From a virus (taxonomy: Duplodnaviria; Caudoviricetes), in the IMG/VR virus record IMGVR_UViG_3300005403_000005, positions 1 through 64,000 of that record: DNA of 64,000 bases, one strand, 5' to 3'. The notes under the pieces were generated by a model, which saw only the letters and a program-made list of their open reading frames with translations, was not told the origin of the DNA and did no database searches. How positions within the stretch are numbered: the stretch's first letter is position 1; each line of letters starts with the position of its first letter. Below are positions 8,966-19,029 of this stretch, one piece after another. The position numbers were made by a program, and so were the translations under genes.

Positions 8966-9041
8966 AGCGGGATAGGGTAATGGTTCACCCAGGAGTTTCA
9001 TAGGCTCCCTTACGCCAGTTCGATTCTGGCTCCCGTTACCA
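8966..9041 (+). tRNA. tRNA with CAT anticodon (elongator Met most likely; Ile2 not excluded)
   Basis: Full cloverleaf folded by hand: AGCGGGA/TCCCGTT acceptor, GGGT/ACCC D-stem, GGAGT-TTCATAG-GCTCC, GCCAG-TTCGATT-CTGGC, encoded CCA; lacks initiator features. Confidence 0.9.
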
Positions 9042-9085
9042 ATTACACCATAAGCGAGCAGGGCTCGCCATCAAGGAGATAGTGC

Positions 9086-9916
9086 ATGACGGCAGAAGAG
9101 AAGGCTCGCCTTGCGGCTTTGAGAGCCAAGGGCGCAACCATTACCGAAGAAGAAAAAGCAGAACTCGACGCTCTGGTAGCGAAGGAAGCAGCAGAGGGCG
9201 GAAGCGACGATAAGACTTACGGCGAAGATTACGTGAAGACGCTTCGCAGCGAGTCTGCCAAGTACCGCACCCAAAAGAAGGAACTTGAAGCAAAGCTTGC
9301 CGCATTCGATGGCATCGACCCGGAGGAGTATCGCAAGCTCAAAGAGGCGCAAGAGGCGCTTGAGCGTGAGAAGCTCACCAAAGAGGGAGACTTCGAGAAA
9401 CTGCGCACCAAGCTCGTAGAGGAGCATCAGAAGGAACTTTCCAAAGCCACGGAAAAGCAATCCGCTCTGGAAGTGGAGATTGCACAACTGAAGAGCGAGC
9501 TTCAGAAGACCATCATTTGCAATGAGATTGCAAATGCGGCTTCTGTGGCGAAAGCGCTCAATCCCAAGCTCGTCGAAATGGCAGTGATGTCACAGGTCAA
9601 AATTGAAGAGATTGATGGCGTCGGCAAAGCAATCCGCGTCATTGATGGCGATGGCACACATCGAGTCAATATCAAGACCGGGAAGCCGATGACGATTCTT
9701 GAGCTGATGGAAGAGATGAAGCAGTCCGAGGAGTACGCCATGCTCTTTGCTGGCGGCAATGCTGGCGCAGGGAGCAAGACTACCTACGCCTTCAATGGCT
9801 CCAACATCAAGAACCCGTGGAAGAAGGAAACCTTCAACCTGACGCTCCAAGCACAAATTCTGCGCACCAATCGGGAGCTGGCAAATCGGCTCAAAGCTGA
9901 AGCTGGCATTCAATAA
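9086..9916 (+). CDS. Capsid scaffolding protein
   Basis: Coiled-coil, YVKTLRSESAKYR motif, C-terminal NPWKKETFNLT.Q, directly upstream of the capsid gene. Confidence 0.85.
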   Translation: MTAEEKARLAALRAKGATITEEEKAELDALVAKEAAEGGSDDKTYGEDYVKTLRSESAKYRTQKKELEAKLAAFDGIDPEEYRKLKEAQEALEREKLTKEGDFEKLRTKLVEEHQKELSKATEKQSALEVEIAQLKSELQKTIICNEIANAASVAKALNPKLVEMAVMSQVKIEEIDGVGKAIRVIDGDGTHRVNIKTGKPMTILELMEEMKQSEEYAMLFAGGNAGAGSKTTYAFNGSNIKNPWKKETFNLTLQAQILRTNRELANRLKAEAGIQ

Positions 9917-9959
9917 TCACAACGCAAGAAGTAACCACTTAATTGAAAGGGAGTAAGAA

Positions 9960-11024
9960 ATGGCAATTACCAAACTGTCTGACATCATCTCTGGAGAAGA
10001 GGAACTCCACGAAGTGTGGAAGCCGTACTTTATCGAGCGTACCGCTGAGAAGAGCGAGCTCATCAAGTCCGGCATCGTTGTTCCCGACCCCGAGCTGGAT
10101 ACGCTCGCCCAGACTGGCGGCATGCTCATCAATATGCCGTTCTTCAAAGACCTGAGCGGGGATGATGACCGCATCTCCGATGTCGAGGCTCTCGGCGTCA
10201 ACAAAATCACCTCTGGCAAAGACGTTGCCCGTCTGCTCATGAGGGGCAAGGCTTGGGGTGCTTCCGACCTCTCGAAAGCCCTCTCTGGGGCAGACCCGCT
10301 CGGCGCTATCGCCGACCTCGTTGCTGACTACTGGAACCGCAGGGAGCAAGTAATCCTGACCAACGTGCTGGATGGTGTCTTCGCCGACAACGCCGCCAAC
10401 GATTCCAGCGACCTCATCAGCAACATCGCCGTGACCAACGTGGCCGCCGCTTCCATCCCGACCACCGCGCTCATCGGCCCGGACCAAATCCTCGACGCCA
10501 AAGTGAAGCTGGGTGATGCGGCTGACAAGCTGACCGCCATCATGATGCACTCCACCCCCTTCACTCGGCTTCAGAAGCTCAACCTCATCGAGATGGTTCC
10601 TGATTCCGATGGGAAGGTGAAGATTCCGTACTACCTCGGCCTCCGCGTCATCGTCGATGACGGCTGCCCGAAGGTGTATGCCAATGGCGCCAATGCCACC
10701 AACGGCTACATCTACACCACCTACCTCTTCGGCGCTGGCGCTATTGGTCGCGGCGAAGGCAATGCTCCGGTTCCCATCGAAACCGACCGGGATTCGCTGG
10801 CTGGCGAGGATTACCTCATCAACCGTCGGCACTTCATCCTCCACCCGCGCGGCATTCGGTGGATGGAGAACACCATTTCCGCTGACACCACTCCGTACAC
10901 CCAGACCGCTGGTCAGGTGAACGGAACCTCTCCCGCCAACGCCGACCTTGCGCTGGCTGCCAACTGGAACCGGGTCTACGAGCAGAAGAACATCCGTATC
11001 GTCGCCCTGAAAACCAACGGCTAA
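9960..11024 (+). CDS. Major capsid (coat) protein
   Basis: TKLSDII...INMPFFKDL.GD...RGKAWG.SDL...ILHPRG motifs; strongly C-ending codons; followed by a terminator. Confidence 0.92.
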   Translation: MAITKLSDIISGEEELHEVWKPYFIERTAEKSELIKSGIVVPDPELDTLAQTGGMLINMPFFKDLSGDDDRISDVEALGVNKITSGKDVARLLMRGKAWGASDLSKALSGADPLGAIADLVADYWNRREQVILTNVLDGVFADNAANDSSDLISNIAVTNVAAASIPTTALIGPDQILDAKVKLGDAADKLTAIMMHSTPFTRLQKLNLIEMVPDSDGKVKIPYYLGLRVIVDDGCPKVYANGANATNGYIYTTYLFGAGAIGRGEGNAPVPIETDRDSLAGEDYLINRRHFILHPRGIRWMENTISADTTPYTQTAGQVNGTSPANADLALAANWNRVYEQKNIRIVALKTNG

Positions 11025-11043
11025 AATGCAATGAAATGAAATT

Positions 11044-11072
11044 GGGGCGTGGAAACACGCCCCACTTTTTTC
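11044..11072 (+). terminator. Rho-independent terminator after capsid gene
   Basis: GGGCGTG-GAAA-CACGCCC followed by a T run. Confidence 0.8.
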
Positions 11073-11088
11073 ATAGGGAGAGAGAGAA

Positions 11089-11574
11089 ATGGGAAAAACC
11101 AAGAAGGACACATACAAGCTGCATCAGACGCATCATCCGGAAACTGCAAAGTGTAATCGGGATGCCCTCATGGTTCAGCTCTTTCAAAAGGTTGTCGCCA
11201 ATGGCGCAACTGACCTGAAGTTTGTGGTATCGCCCGCTACGCTCACCACTCCGGCAGCTTCCGCTGGTGCTGGCGCAAAGCGAGGCGTGATTGTGAAGCT
11301 CACTGATGCCATCGGGAATGTCCATGAGTGGTTCAATGGGACGATTACGGTCGCCCTTTCTGAAACCTCCACCAGCGGCACGCTTACCGGCGTAGACAAG
11401 AACACGGGAGCTGCCTTCACCACTTCGCTGAAGATTGTGAATGGCATTGGTCATGCAGAACTCACCAAGGTTGGGTCGCACATTGCTGGGGAGACTAACA
11501 CGTTCACAGCTTCCGCACAGACCATTCTCGGCGCGAGTGTACTCGTCGCTACGAGCGTGGAGACTGTATCCTAA
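11089..11574 (+). CDS. Putative virion/head decoration protein (beta-rich)
   Basis: Position after capsid; Thr/Gly/Ala-rich beta-like composition. Confidence 0.55.
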   Translation: MGKTKKDTYKLHQTHHPETAKCNRDALMVQLFQKVVANGATDLKFVVSPATLTTPAASAGAGAKRGVIVKLTDAIGNVHEWFNGTITVALSETSTSGTLTGVDKNTGAAFTTSLKIVNGIGHAELTKVGSHIAGETNTFTASAQTILGASVLVATSVETVS

Positions 11575-11587
11575 GAAGGAGTAAGAG

Positions 11588-11851
11588 ATGGGTCTTGCAT
11601 CATTCAATAGAGCTCGGCGTCAGCGTGGCGATGCTATGGGTATAGTTGCCGCACAGGAAGCTGCTGAGAAAGCTGCCGAAGTGACAGAAGAGGACTCAAT
11701 TCCTACGACCCCCATTCTTGAAGATTCTGGCGAGGGTGTCGAGGAGATTCCCGAAGAGAAGGTCGAGGAAGAGAGTTCTGAGGAGAAGGTCGAGGAGACT
11801 CCCGCACAGGAGCGGAAGAAGCCGGGGCCGAAGCCCAAAGCTCAACAGTAA
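11588..11851 (+). CDS. Acidic hypothetical protein (MGLASFNRARR...)
   Basis: RBS AGGAG; small ORF of a type often found after coat genes. Confidence 0.7.
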   Translation: MGLASFNRARRQRGDAMGIVAAQEAAEKAAEVTEEDSIPTTPILEDSGEGVEEIPEEKVEEESSEEKVEETPAQERKKPGPKPKAQQ

Positions 11852-11925
11852 TGGAATGGGGATTGGAAAGCCAATCCCCAGACTATTGCCTAATTATACA
11901 TGGGTATACGCGAAAGGAGGTATAA

Positions 11926-12708
11926 ATGGCTATAAATCAGTCAATTCGCAAAGCCACCTCTCGCGTGAAGAGTGTCCATGATGCAACATCAGATAAGCTC
12001 TTCAGGGTTATCCAGAAAGCTCGGCAGGAAAACAATTACGCAACAATAGGCAAACAAAGAGCGTTGCTCAAAACCATCAGCTCTATTCTCGCCACATACA
12101 GGGAAGACGTACACGACATTATCATGGATGGAGTGTACGAAGTATCCCTCCAATCCGAAAAGTCCCTTGCAGGGGGAAATGGAGCGCCTGAGAGCACCAT
12201 TGTGAAGCATGTTCTCGCCCACAGCGATGAGATGCTGGGGATGTACCTCGACAACTATATCATGCGCGTGAAGATTGACATGAAGAAGCTCCTACAGATG
12301 GATTTCATCGCCATACAGCGCAAAGCATCTTTTGACGGAACGAGCAAGGGGGATGCACAACGCGCACTCCTTCCGGAAATTCTCGCAAACGAGCCCAAGA
12401 TGCTCTTCATGGATAGCGCAGGTCGAAAGTGGCTGGGAAGCAACTATCTCTGGATACTCACCAATACGACACTTGTGAGCGCTTCGCTTGACACCTTCTT
12501 AGGTGTTGCTGCCGATAGGGGAATCACTCTCGCGAGACTCTCCGATTCTGACAGTGGATACTCGTGTGACAAGCTCTCTGGGATGACCGTGAGCCTTACT
12601 GAAGGGGGCGAGCACCCCTACATCGGAGAATTCCTGCGCGGCGGCTCCCGCGAGGGCGAACTCTTTCACCCGCGCTGCTCGCACTACCTGATTCCCTACG
12701 AGGCATGA
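11926..12708 (+). CDS. Minor capsid / head morphogenesis protein (MuF/min_cap2-like)
   Basis: DSAGRKW and C-terminal FHPRCSH motifs. Confidence 0.75.
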   Translation: MAINQSIRKATSRVKSVHDATSDKLFRVIQKARQENNYATIGKQRALLKTISSILATYREDVHDIIMDGVYEVSLQSEKSLAGGNGAPESTIVKHVLAHSDEMLGMYLDNYIMRVKIDMKKLLQMDFIAIQRKASFDGTSKGDAQRALLPEILANEPKMLFMDSAGRKWLGSNYLWILTNTTLVSASLDTFLGVAADRGITLARLSDSDSGYSCDKLSGMTVSLTEGGEHPYIGEFLRGGSREGELFHPRCSHYLIPYEA

Positions 12709-12709
12709 C

Positions 12710-13069
12710 ATGCAATTCAACTCGAAAATCACAGCAGTATTCGGAACATACAATCAGTTTGGCGAGCTGGCATCGACATCAGAGAGCATCATCAAGTGCA
12801 ACATCTTGGAGCGCGTGCGCGACATAGCCAAACGTGGGGATACCCCATCGAAACTCTCCTCACTCTCCCAGTTCGCAAAAGATTACTCGCTGAAGATAAT
12901 CACGCGGCATCGGGAGTTTGCCCCCTTCGTGCAGTTCATGTCTGACCAGACGCTTTCTTTCCGCTACGGCGATGTGCTCTTCGATGTCGTGCGGATAGAG
13001 CCTATCTTCAGCTTCAGCGGGAAGCCTAAGTACTACGAAATCAGTCTGAAGGAGATAGACGGTGTTTGA
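12710..13069 (+). CDS. Putative head closure/head-tail joining protein
   Basis: Synteny and size only. Confidence 0.55.
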   Translation: MQFNSKITAVFGTYNQFGELASTSESIIKCNILERVRDIAKRGDTPSKLSSLSQFAKDYSLKIITRHREFAPFVQFMSDQTLSFRYGDVLFDVVRIEPIFSFSGKPKYYEISLKEIDGV

Positions 13070-13499
13070 GGTGCGGGGTGAAATCTTCCAAGCCGACCTT
13101 AATCGCTGGTTCACAAAGCTCCGCCGCATAGAGCGCAGCATGAAGCTGGCGATAAAGCTGGAAATCATGGATTGGGCCGCGAAGAAGCTGGAAGAGGAGG
13201 CGAGGGCGAGATGTCCCATTGACGAGGGGGATTTGGAGAAGGACATCAAATCTTCAACTCTCGTAAGCGGAACATCATACGAGGCTGCGCTATATCTCGA
13301 CCCCAATGGGCCATCGAAGGAATATCAAGAAATCATCCATGACAGCTACTACAGCATCGGCCCACTCTCACGACAGAAGCAGGCTGCGACTGGGAAGCAG
13401 GTTGGGCGCAAATTCATGACACGTGCAGTGAACGAGAGCAGACTTGCCATCTACTCGCACGCAAACGCAGTGATAAGGAGGGTGCTCAGTGATTCTTAA
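13062..13499 (+). CDS. HK97 gp10-like tail completion protein
   Basis: A..CPIDEGDLEKDI and KFMTRAV motifs. Confidence 0.75.
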   Translation: MFEVRGEIFQADLNRWFTKLRRIERSMKLAIKLEIMDWAAKKLEEEARARCPIDEGDLEKDIKSSTLVSGTSYEAALYLDPNGPSKEYQEIIHDSYYSIGPLSRQKQAATGKQVGRKFMTRAVNESRLAIYSHANAVIRRVLSDS

Positions 13500-13866
13500 A
13501 GCAATACTCAACAGCATAGTGAGCGCCCTCCCAGAGCTTGTGAAGGGACAGAGCGCCTTCATCTCGAAAGCAAGGGAGCAGGCGTGCGTGGTGATTTCCG
13601 GCAACATCTATCCCTACCATGAGATTCCCATAATCAACCGTCTAGCAATGGATGCAGTCGCTATTGGCTACGATGCGGAGAAAGGCTTCTCACTCCTCTC
13701 TAGCGTCGTCGAGGCAATAGTGGCGCTGGAAGGGACAACCATATCGGATGGAGTAGGGAACTCCTACGTGATAGGCGGCGTGATAGTCAACAAGAGCCCC
13801 TCGCCGATATCGACCGACACGGGAATCATCTACTCATCAGACATCGAAGTGATGTTCAGAATATGA
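13489..13866 (+). CDS. Putative tail terminator protein
   Basis: Synteny after the gp10-like gene; size. Confidence 0.55.
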   Translation: MILKAILNSIVSALPELVKGQSAFISKAREQACVVISGNIYPYHEIPIINRLAMDAVAIGYDAEKGFSLLSSVVEAIVALEGTTISDGVGNSYVIGGVIVNKSPSPISTDTGIIYSSDIEVMFRI

Positions 13867-13874
13867 GGTAAGTC

Positions 13875-14066
13875 ATGAATAGGAATCAGCTCATCAGTCA
13901 CCTTCATTATTCACGCAAAGAGCGGCGAAGGAATGAGATACGCCGGATGTATGCGGACAGCGCATACAATGCGATGAAATATGGTGTCAGTGGGACATTC
14001 ACAATTGCCGAGATTGCAGAGCGCCTTGCAATCACGGAAGAGGAAGTTGAAGGCATGCTTCAATAA
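13875..14066 (+). CDS. Small hypothetical protein with HTH-like C-terminus
   Basis: FTIAEIAERLAITEEEV; RBS GAGG. Confidence 0.55.
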   Translation: MNRNQLISHLHYSRKERRRNEIRRMYADSAYNAMKYGVSGTFTIAEIAERLAITEEEVEGMLQ

Positions 14067-14094
14067 AGTAAGCAATTAATAGAAAGGAATCGGC

Positions 14095-14511
14095 ATGAGT
14101 CTTAAACTCGCAAAAAATAATGCCCCCACATACGATTACTTCTCGGAGGGGGATGGGACAGACCCGATTGCAGTATCCGCAACTACCACTGGACTTGGTG
14201 GCACTGTGGATAGCAACGTGCTCGACATATACCTCATTGCGACCACCTTCAAGTACACCACTATCTCGCTTGCAATGACCAACGAAGACCCTACGAAAAT
14301 CAACTGGAAATTCTCAGTTGATGCGGGAACCACGTGGAAGGATTCGCTTTCCAGCACCGACCTCCCCGATATGGACGCCCTCTCTGCCGACCAGACGAAA
14401 GCAATCAAGGTGAAGGCAATAGTGACGAATGATGGGACTGGGAATCAACCCACTACTGGCATTTACACACTCCCAGACATCACCATCACATACACCGAGA
14501 ATCCGGCTTAA
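14095..14511 (+). CDS. Putative virion structural protein
   Basis: RBS AAGGA; Thr/Asp-rich beta composition. Confidence 0.65.
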   Translation: MSLKLAKNNAPTYDYFSEGDGTDPIAVSATTTGLGGTVDSNVLDIYLIATTFKYTTISLAMTNEDPTKINWKFSVDAGTTWKDSLSSTDLPDMDALSADQTKAIKVKAIVTNDGTGNQPTTGIYTLPDITITYTENPA

Positions 14512-14706
14512 TGGGATGATATGGGAATATGAGGGCCGCACCTGGCGCAGATACGCCCCTGAGCCTCGGAGCCTGATACCGACGTTCTGGTGGGCGGATA
14601 CCCCTGACGGTGGGCTGATGGCGTTCTGTGTCGGGGAGATATTGCTGATGGAGTCCGAGCATGACAAGCTGGCTACTGACAATACTCGGAACAAAGGAGA
14701 CTAGGT

Positions 14707-15141
14707 ATGGGTTACATATCACCCACAGACTATAAAACCGCAAACATAGCTGGAAAAGAGCGCGTCAACGGCTTTTCGGGGAGCAATCCGCTTAACGGGT
14801 TGCCTACCATGACATTTAGCAAGGAATACGTGACACACGACAAAATCATGGACAAACTCATGACCAATGCGTCTGGTTCGTGTGCCGTAGACACGTCGGA
14901 TATGACTAAGGTGATTCCCCGGCGAAACATCCTCGACGGCTCTTTGACAGGGGCAACCTTTACGCTGCAAGAGGCGCTGGAGATTCTTTTTTCGCTCGGT
15001 TGGCAGACGATGTACGAGGCGGATATAAAGGCTTTGGAAGACCGCAAGGCAATCGCCCAGGCCGCTTACGATGCTGACCCGTCGCAAGTTAATCTTGATG
15101 CACTCAATGCGGCTATTGCCGCTGTAGAGGCCGCTATATGA
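14707..15141 (+). CDS. Hypothetical protein
   Basis: RBS AAGGAG; coupled to 15138. Confidence 0.7.
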   Translation: MGYISPTDYKTANIAGKERVNGFSGSNPLNGLPTMTFSKEYVTHDKIMDKLMTNASGSCAVDTSDMTKVIPRRNILDGSLTGATFTLQEALEILFSLGWQTMYEADIKALEDRKAIAQAAYDADPSQVNLDALNAAIAAVEAAI

Positions 15142-16196
15142 ATCCTTATAGCGGCATAGTATTGAGATTGGGCGAAGGGTCCAACTCGGGCAACGAAAAC
15201 CTTAACGCAGGCCCAACTGCGCTTAAAAACGCTTACAGCTTTGTCGCTGATGGCATCACACTTGATTATTTTTGGATAAGTATTTACTCCGCTATTGGCA
15301 CACCGGCGTCATGCAGTATTAGGTTTGAGCTACAAGCCGATACCGGGGCAGGATTACCGTCAGACACAGCATTAGCCAGTTATGACGTGACTGGGGGTTG
15401 GGTTGGCGGAACTCAGCGCAAAATATCTCCTGGCTGGTCTGCTACGTCATTGACCGTAGGTAGTAGATATTGGATTGTGGTCAGCAATATATCAGCCGCT
15501 CCTACTGTCGATTATATCGGTCTGAATCGCGGCCTCGTGCAACCTCTGGTAATCAATCCAGTCTACAATAACGTCTGTGCTCCGTTTGTGCGCCGCCAAT
15601 ACAATGGCACTAACTGGACGGCTGTCGTAGTACAGCACGTTACAACATTAACAATCCGATACACGGATGGCACTATAACGGGGCTGCGTGATTTAAAGGG
15701 ATTTGGGTATGACGGCGCGTGGGTAATGAGCGCAACGCGAGCCATAGGAGGGGAATTTCAGATACCTTTCGAATCACCGCCATTAAATATATCGGCTGTC
15801 GGGGTACAATTTTTGACCAACAGCCCATCCGGCGAGGTTCTCAACATCTATCGTAACCGTACATTAATCGCAACTGTGCAACATCCGGTGGATAGCATAA
15901 TGACAAGCGGGGAAATAGTAACTATTCCCGTAACGTTCACAGCGTATCCCGGTGATTGGGTTTCCATCATGACTCCGGCAGCTACCGCTAACACCGTACA
16001 AATAACCGGGGCAGTCATAACTGATGACCCCGACTTCATAGGACTTAAACAGTGGGGATGCAGGCGAGTTAAAATTGACAGCGGTGTATGGACTGTCGAT
16101 GATTTATCACTTGCTAACATCTATATATACCTACATCCAGAGCAACCATTCGCTCCCGCTCCGCTCAACCGTAGAAACTCCATGCTCATGAGGTAA
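15138..16196 (+). CDS. Putative fibre/receptor-binding-like protein, compositionally atypical
   Basis: 352-aa beta-rich ORF with more A/T-ending codons than its neighbours. Confidence 0.6.
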   Translation: MNPYSGIVLRLGEGSNSGNENLNAGPTALKNAYSFVADGITLDYFWISIYSAIGTPASCSIRFELQADTGAGLPSDTALASYDVTGGWVGGTQRKISPGWSATSLTVGSRYWIVVSNISAAPTVDYIGLNRGLVQPLVINPVYNNVCAPFVRRQYNGTNWTAVVVQHVTTLTIRYTDGTITGLRDLKGFGYDGAWVMSATRAIGGEFQIPFESPPLNISAVGVQFLTNSPSGEVLNIYRNRTLIATVQHPVDSIMTSGEIVTIPVTFTAYPGDWVSIMTPAATANTVQITGAVITDDPDFIGLKQWGCRRVKIDSGVWTVDDLSLANIYIYLHPEQPFAPAPLNRRNSMLMR

Positions 16197-16202
16197 TAAA
16201 TT

Positions 16203-16703
16203 ATGGCAACTGAAGGAACACAATCATATCAGGCCAGCACGACGCTCGGGATTACGGTGTTGGGGCGGAACGGAACTGATGAAGTCTATGTCTCGGCCCC
16301 GATAGACCGGAAGATTGTTGCAAAGGGCAGTGACCCTACCGCTATCACGAGTGCCGATACTACGGCTCAACTCAACACGACTCCGTACACCACGGCATCG
16401 CGTTTGTTCGACTGTGAGCATTCGCCGTCGATGCGGGTGCATACGGAGTTTGATACTGCGGCAGACCGGACAGCCACTATCCAGTCCATCTATTACGATG
16501 CTTCCGGCAATGTGATAGGGCTTGGGGAGCAGACCTATACACTTGCCACCAAGAAGGTTGGCACAACAGTTTTGCTTGATGAGTCTACCGGGAAAGCCCT
16601 TGGCGGGGATTTTACTCTGGATGTTGCCGGGGCCTGTAAGGTCGGCTTCATTGTTCACGCGCTCAGTGGCGGCTCGCTCTACATCTTTGCGTATCCCATC
16701 TAA
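16203..16703 (+). CDS. Hypothetical virion protein
   Basis: RBS GAGG; operon context. Confidence 0.65.
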   Translation: MATEGTQSYQASTTLGITVLGRNGTDEVYVSAPIDRKIVAKGSDPTAITSADTTAQLNTTPYTTASRLFDCEHSPSMRVHTEFDTAADRTATIQSIYYDASGNVIGLGEQTYTLATKKVGTTVLLDESTGKALGGDFTLDVAGACKVGFIVHALSGGSLYIFAYPI

Positions 16704-16714
16704 GGAGTTAGCTA

Positions 16715-17617
16715 ATGGCTAAGGGATGGATGATACCGACTCTGTTTGCGGCCAGCGGGGGGACTACACTCACTGTCTCATTTGATATTAAGGCTATGGT
16801 GTCATCTTCACATTCTCTGGCACATGACGCCAAGCTTACGGCGCTACTCGACAAAACAATAATTCACGATGCCAAGTCATCCATCTTGCGAAGTGGCAGC
16901 GCAACACACGATACATCGGCGATTATTTCTTCGTCGCAGGCTTCCGTCACCTCTCACGATGCCAAAACAATCATAAACTCCCTCAAAAGTGTGGCACACG
17001 ATACGAAGCTTGCGAAAGCCTCGCAGACTTCAATTGCGCACGATGCCGCTAGTCTAGTGTCCACGCTCAAGTCTGGGCAACACGACATGAGAGTTGACGT
17101 ATCGGCTACGCTCGCAAAAGCCCTTGATTCCAAGCTTTCTGTCGCGGCTACAATCTCGGAGCTTTTTGACACTGCACTATCAGTTTCTGATGTGGTTCGC
17201 CTCACAACCACGCACGACGCGCGGATTTCCATAGCATCGACGCTGAAGACGATAGAGGACTTGAAAGCCTCAATCACTTCCCAGAGCCAATCATCAAGTT
17301 TCGACATCAAGGCTGCAATCTCCAAGTCGGCATCGCTGGGAATCGACACGAAGCTGAATGTCTCCACAGCAGCCTCCATGCTCGCCGATATGCTGATTGC
17401 CATTACGAATCAGAGCACGACGAGACACGACTCGCGACTCTCAATCACGACAATCTACTCGGCAAAGCACGATACCTACGTCGCAATCGTGCGCGATGGC
17501 GCGATAGCAAATGCCATTACCGCCGTATTCATGCTCGATGCCGAAACAATAGTGTTCGCTCTCCCGGCAGAAGAGAGAGTCTTCACGCTTCCGGCTATGC
17601 AAACCATAGGAGAGTGA
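16715..17617 (+). CDS. Fibre-like protein with ~16 repeats of a 14-residue (H/F/L)D unit
   Basis: HDAKLTALLDKTII / HDAKSSILRSGSAT / HDAKTIINSLKSVA / HDTKLAKASQTSIA periodicity. Confidence 0.7.
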   Translation: MAKGWMIPTLFAASGGTTLTVSFDIKAMVSSSHSLAHDAKLTALLDKTIIHDAKSSILRSGSATHDTSAIISSSQASVTSHDAKTIINSLKSVAHDTKLAKASQTSIAHDAASLVSTLKSGQHDMRVDVSATLAKALDSKLSVAATISELFDTALSVSDVVRLTTTHDARISIASTLKTIEDLKASITSQSQSSSFDIKAAISKSASLGIDTKLNVSTAASMLADMLIAITNQSTTRHDSRLSITTIYSAKHDTYVAIVRDGAIANAITAVFMLDAETIVFALPAEERVFTLPAMQTIGE

Positions 17618-17618
17618 A

Positions 17619-17909
17619 ATGTCACTTCTACCAATTCAGAAACAGCCCAGCGAGGTAATTGTTGGAGTTGGCATCAACTTCAAGAAGCGCTTCGCCCGAG
17701 GCGAAACAATAATAATCGAATCTTGTCAAGTTATGTGCGATGACCCCAATCTCATCATCACCGGGGTAGGTGCAATTAACGACACAATTCTCGTGGCGAC
17801 AATAGGTGGCGGCATCGATGGAGTGACGTACAAGGTTACATATCGTGCAGCCGGGTCCCTCGGCTCACTCAGAGAGGGAGAAATCTCCGTAGTCGTGGCA
17901 GAGGTGTAA
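17619..17909 (+). CDS. Small fibre-associated protein
   Basis: K.P.E...I.F....GG.DG..Y.VT....G..RE pattern typical of small phage fibre-adjacent proteins. Confidence 0.6.
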   Translation: MSLLPIQKQPSEVIVGVGINFKKRFARGETIIIESCQVMCDDPNLIITGVGAINDTILVATIGGGIDGVTYKVTYRAAGSLGSLREGEISVVVAEV

Positions 17910-17912
17910 GTC

Positions 17913-18386
17913 ATGGAAATAGCAGATAAGGGTGGGACTGATTCCAATAGCTATGCGACAACCATAGAGGCCGATGACTTCTTTGACACACAGTATGGCA
18001 GCGAAGAGTGGGCTACGCTCGATGATGACACTAAGGCGAGACTCCTAATTACCGCAACTGGGATGATAGACGAGATACCCCTGAGATACGGGAAGCTCGA
18101 CTCAGGGCAGGCGCTCAATTTCCCAGTAGCCAATACATCAAGCGTCTCTGACGATGGCTTCAATGAAGCGAAGAAGGCATGCCTCGCGCAGGCGATGTAC
18201 CTTTTCGAGAATCAGGACGCCATCAAAGAGGCGATGCAGGGGAGTATCCAAGGTATCAGGAGCGAGATGCTTTCCAGAACGAAGAAGGTGGTTGCCGGCT
18301 TCAATCCACTGAAGAAGTGGTCGCCTAACACACTCAAGCTGCTTTCGAGATACAGCCAATTTGATGTATTCGCAAGAAGGGGATAA
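17913..18386 (+). CDS. Head-tail adaptor (DnaT-like ssDNA-binding domain family)
   Basis: NSYATTIEAD.FF...W...LLI.AT...Q.L.FP motif. Confidence 0.75.
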   Translation: MEIADKGGTDSNSYATTIEADDFFDTQYGSEEWATLDDDTKARLLITATGMIDEIPLRYGKLDSGQALNFPVANTSSVSDDGFNEAKKACLAQAMYLFENQDAIKEAMQGSIQGIRSEMLSRTKKVVAGFNPLKKWSPNTLKLLSRYSQFDVFARRG

Positions 18387-18408
18387 CCCTTAATTACAGG
18401 AGGAAAGA

Positions 18409-18918
18409 ATGGGAACTGCTGCAAATGTAAAGCTCGGCGTATGCAATGTGACTTTTGGCACCGTTGACCTTGGCTACACCAAGGGTGGCGTAAAGGTCAG
18501 CTACAGTGTCGACACGATTGAGAAGATTGTGGACCAAGAGGATGCGCCCATTGGGGAAATCATCTCCAAGCAAAACTTCGAGGTCAAGGTACCGATGGCC
18601 GAGTACGACCTTGCCAAACTGGAAGACCTCTTCCCCGGCGCAACTCTGGTCACTGATGGAGTTGACCCTACGAAGAAGAAGCTGGTGCTCTCCGGCTCCG
18701 CTGGAACTGACCTCTCTTCGCTTCAGCAAAAGCTGGTGATTGAGCCGGCCGGAGCAATCAACGACAATGAGAACATCACCCTGCATCACGCAGTGCCGAA
18801 GCTCACGATGGAGTTCGCCTTCGAGAAGGAGAACGTCCGTGTGTACGAAATCACCTTCCAGGCGCTGAAGGGTGTTGATGGCTGGGTTACGTTCGGAGAT
18901 GCTACTGCGACCGCATAA
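18409..18918 (+). CDS. Major tail tube protein
   Basis: DLGYTKGGV.V.Y motif; upstream of chaperone and tape measure genes. Confidence 0.8.
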   Translation: MGTAANVKLGVCNVTFGTVDLGYTKGGVKVSYSVDTIEKIVDQEDAPIGEIISKQNFEVKVPMAEYDLAKLEDLFPGATLVTDGVDPTKKKLVLSGSAGTDLSSLQQKLVIEPAGAINDNENITLHHAVPKLTMEFAFEKENVRVYEITFQALKGVDGWVTFGDATATA

Positions 18919-19029
18919 TCACTCCTCCCAGAAATAGCTGGGAGGCGCTCAAATTTCAATTCTGCTCGACTTTAAGGGAGGTGTAGCGATGCTACCCTCC
19001 CTGATTTTTTCTGAAAGGAATTCTGTCAC

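Noticed and set aside
8966-9041. Initiator tRNA-fMet
   Set aside because: Has an A1-U72 pair rather than a C1:A72 mismatch, and lacks three consecutive G-C pairs in the anticodon stem.
9939-11117. 392-aa minus-strand ORF over the capsid gene (and similar long antisense ORFs such as 5946..6872, 4474..5058, 48933..49625)
   Set aside because: Shadow ORFs caused by biased codon usage of the real plus-strand genes; no recognisable motifs or RBS.
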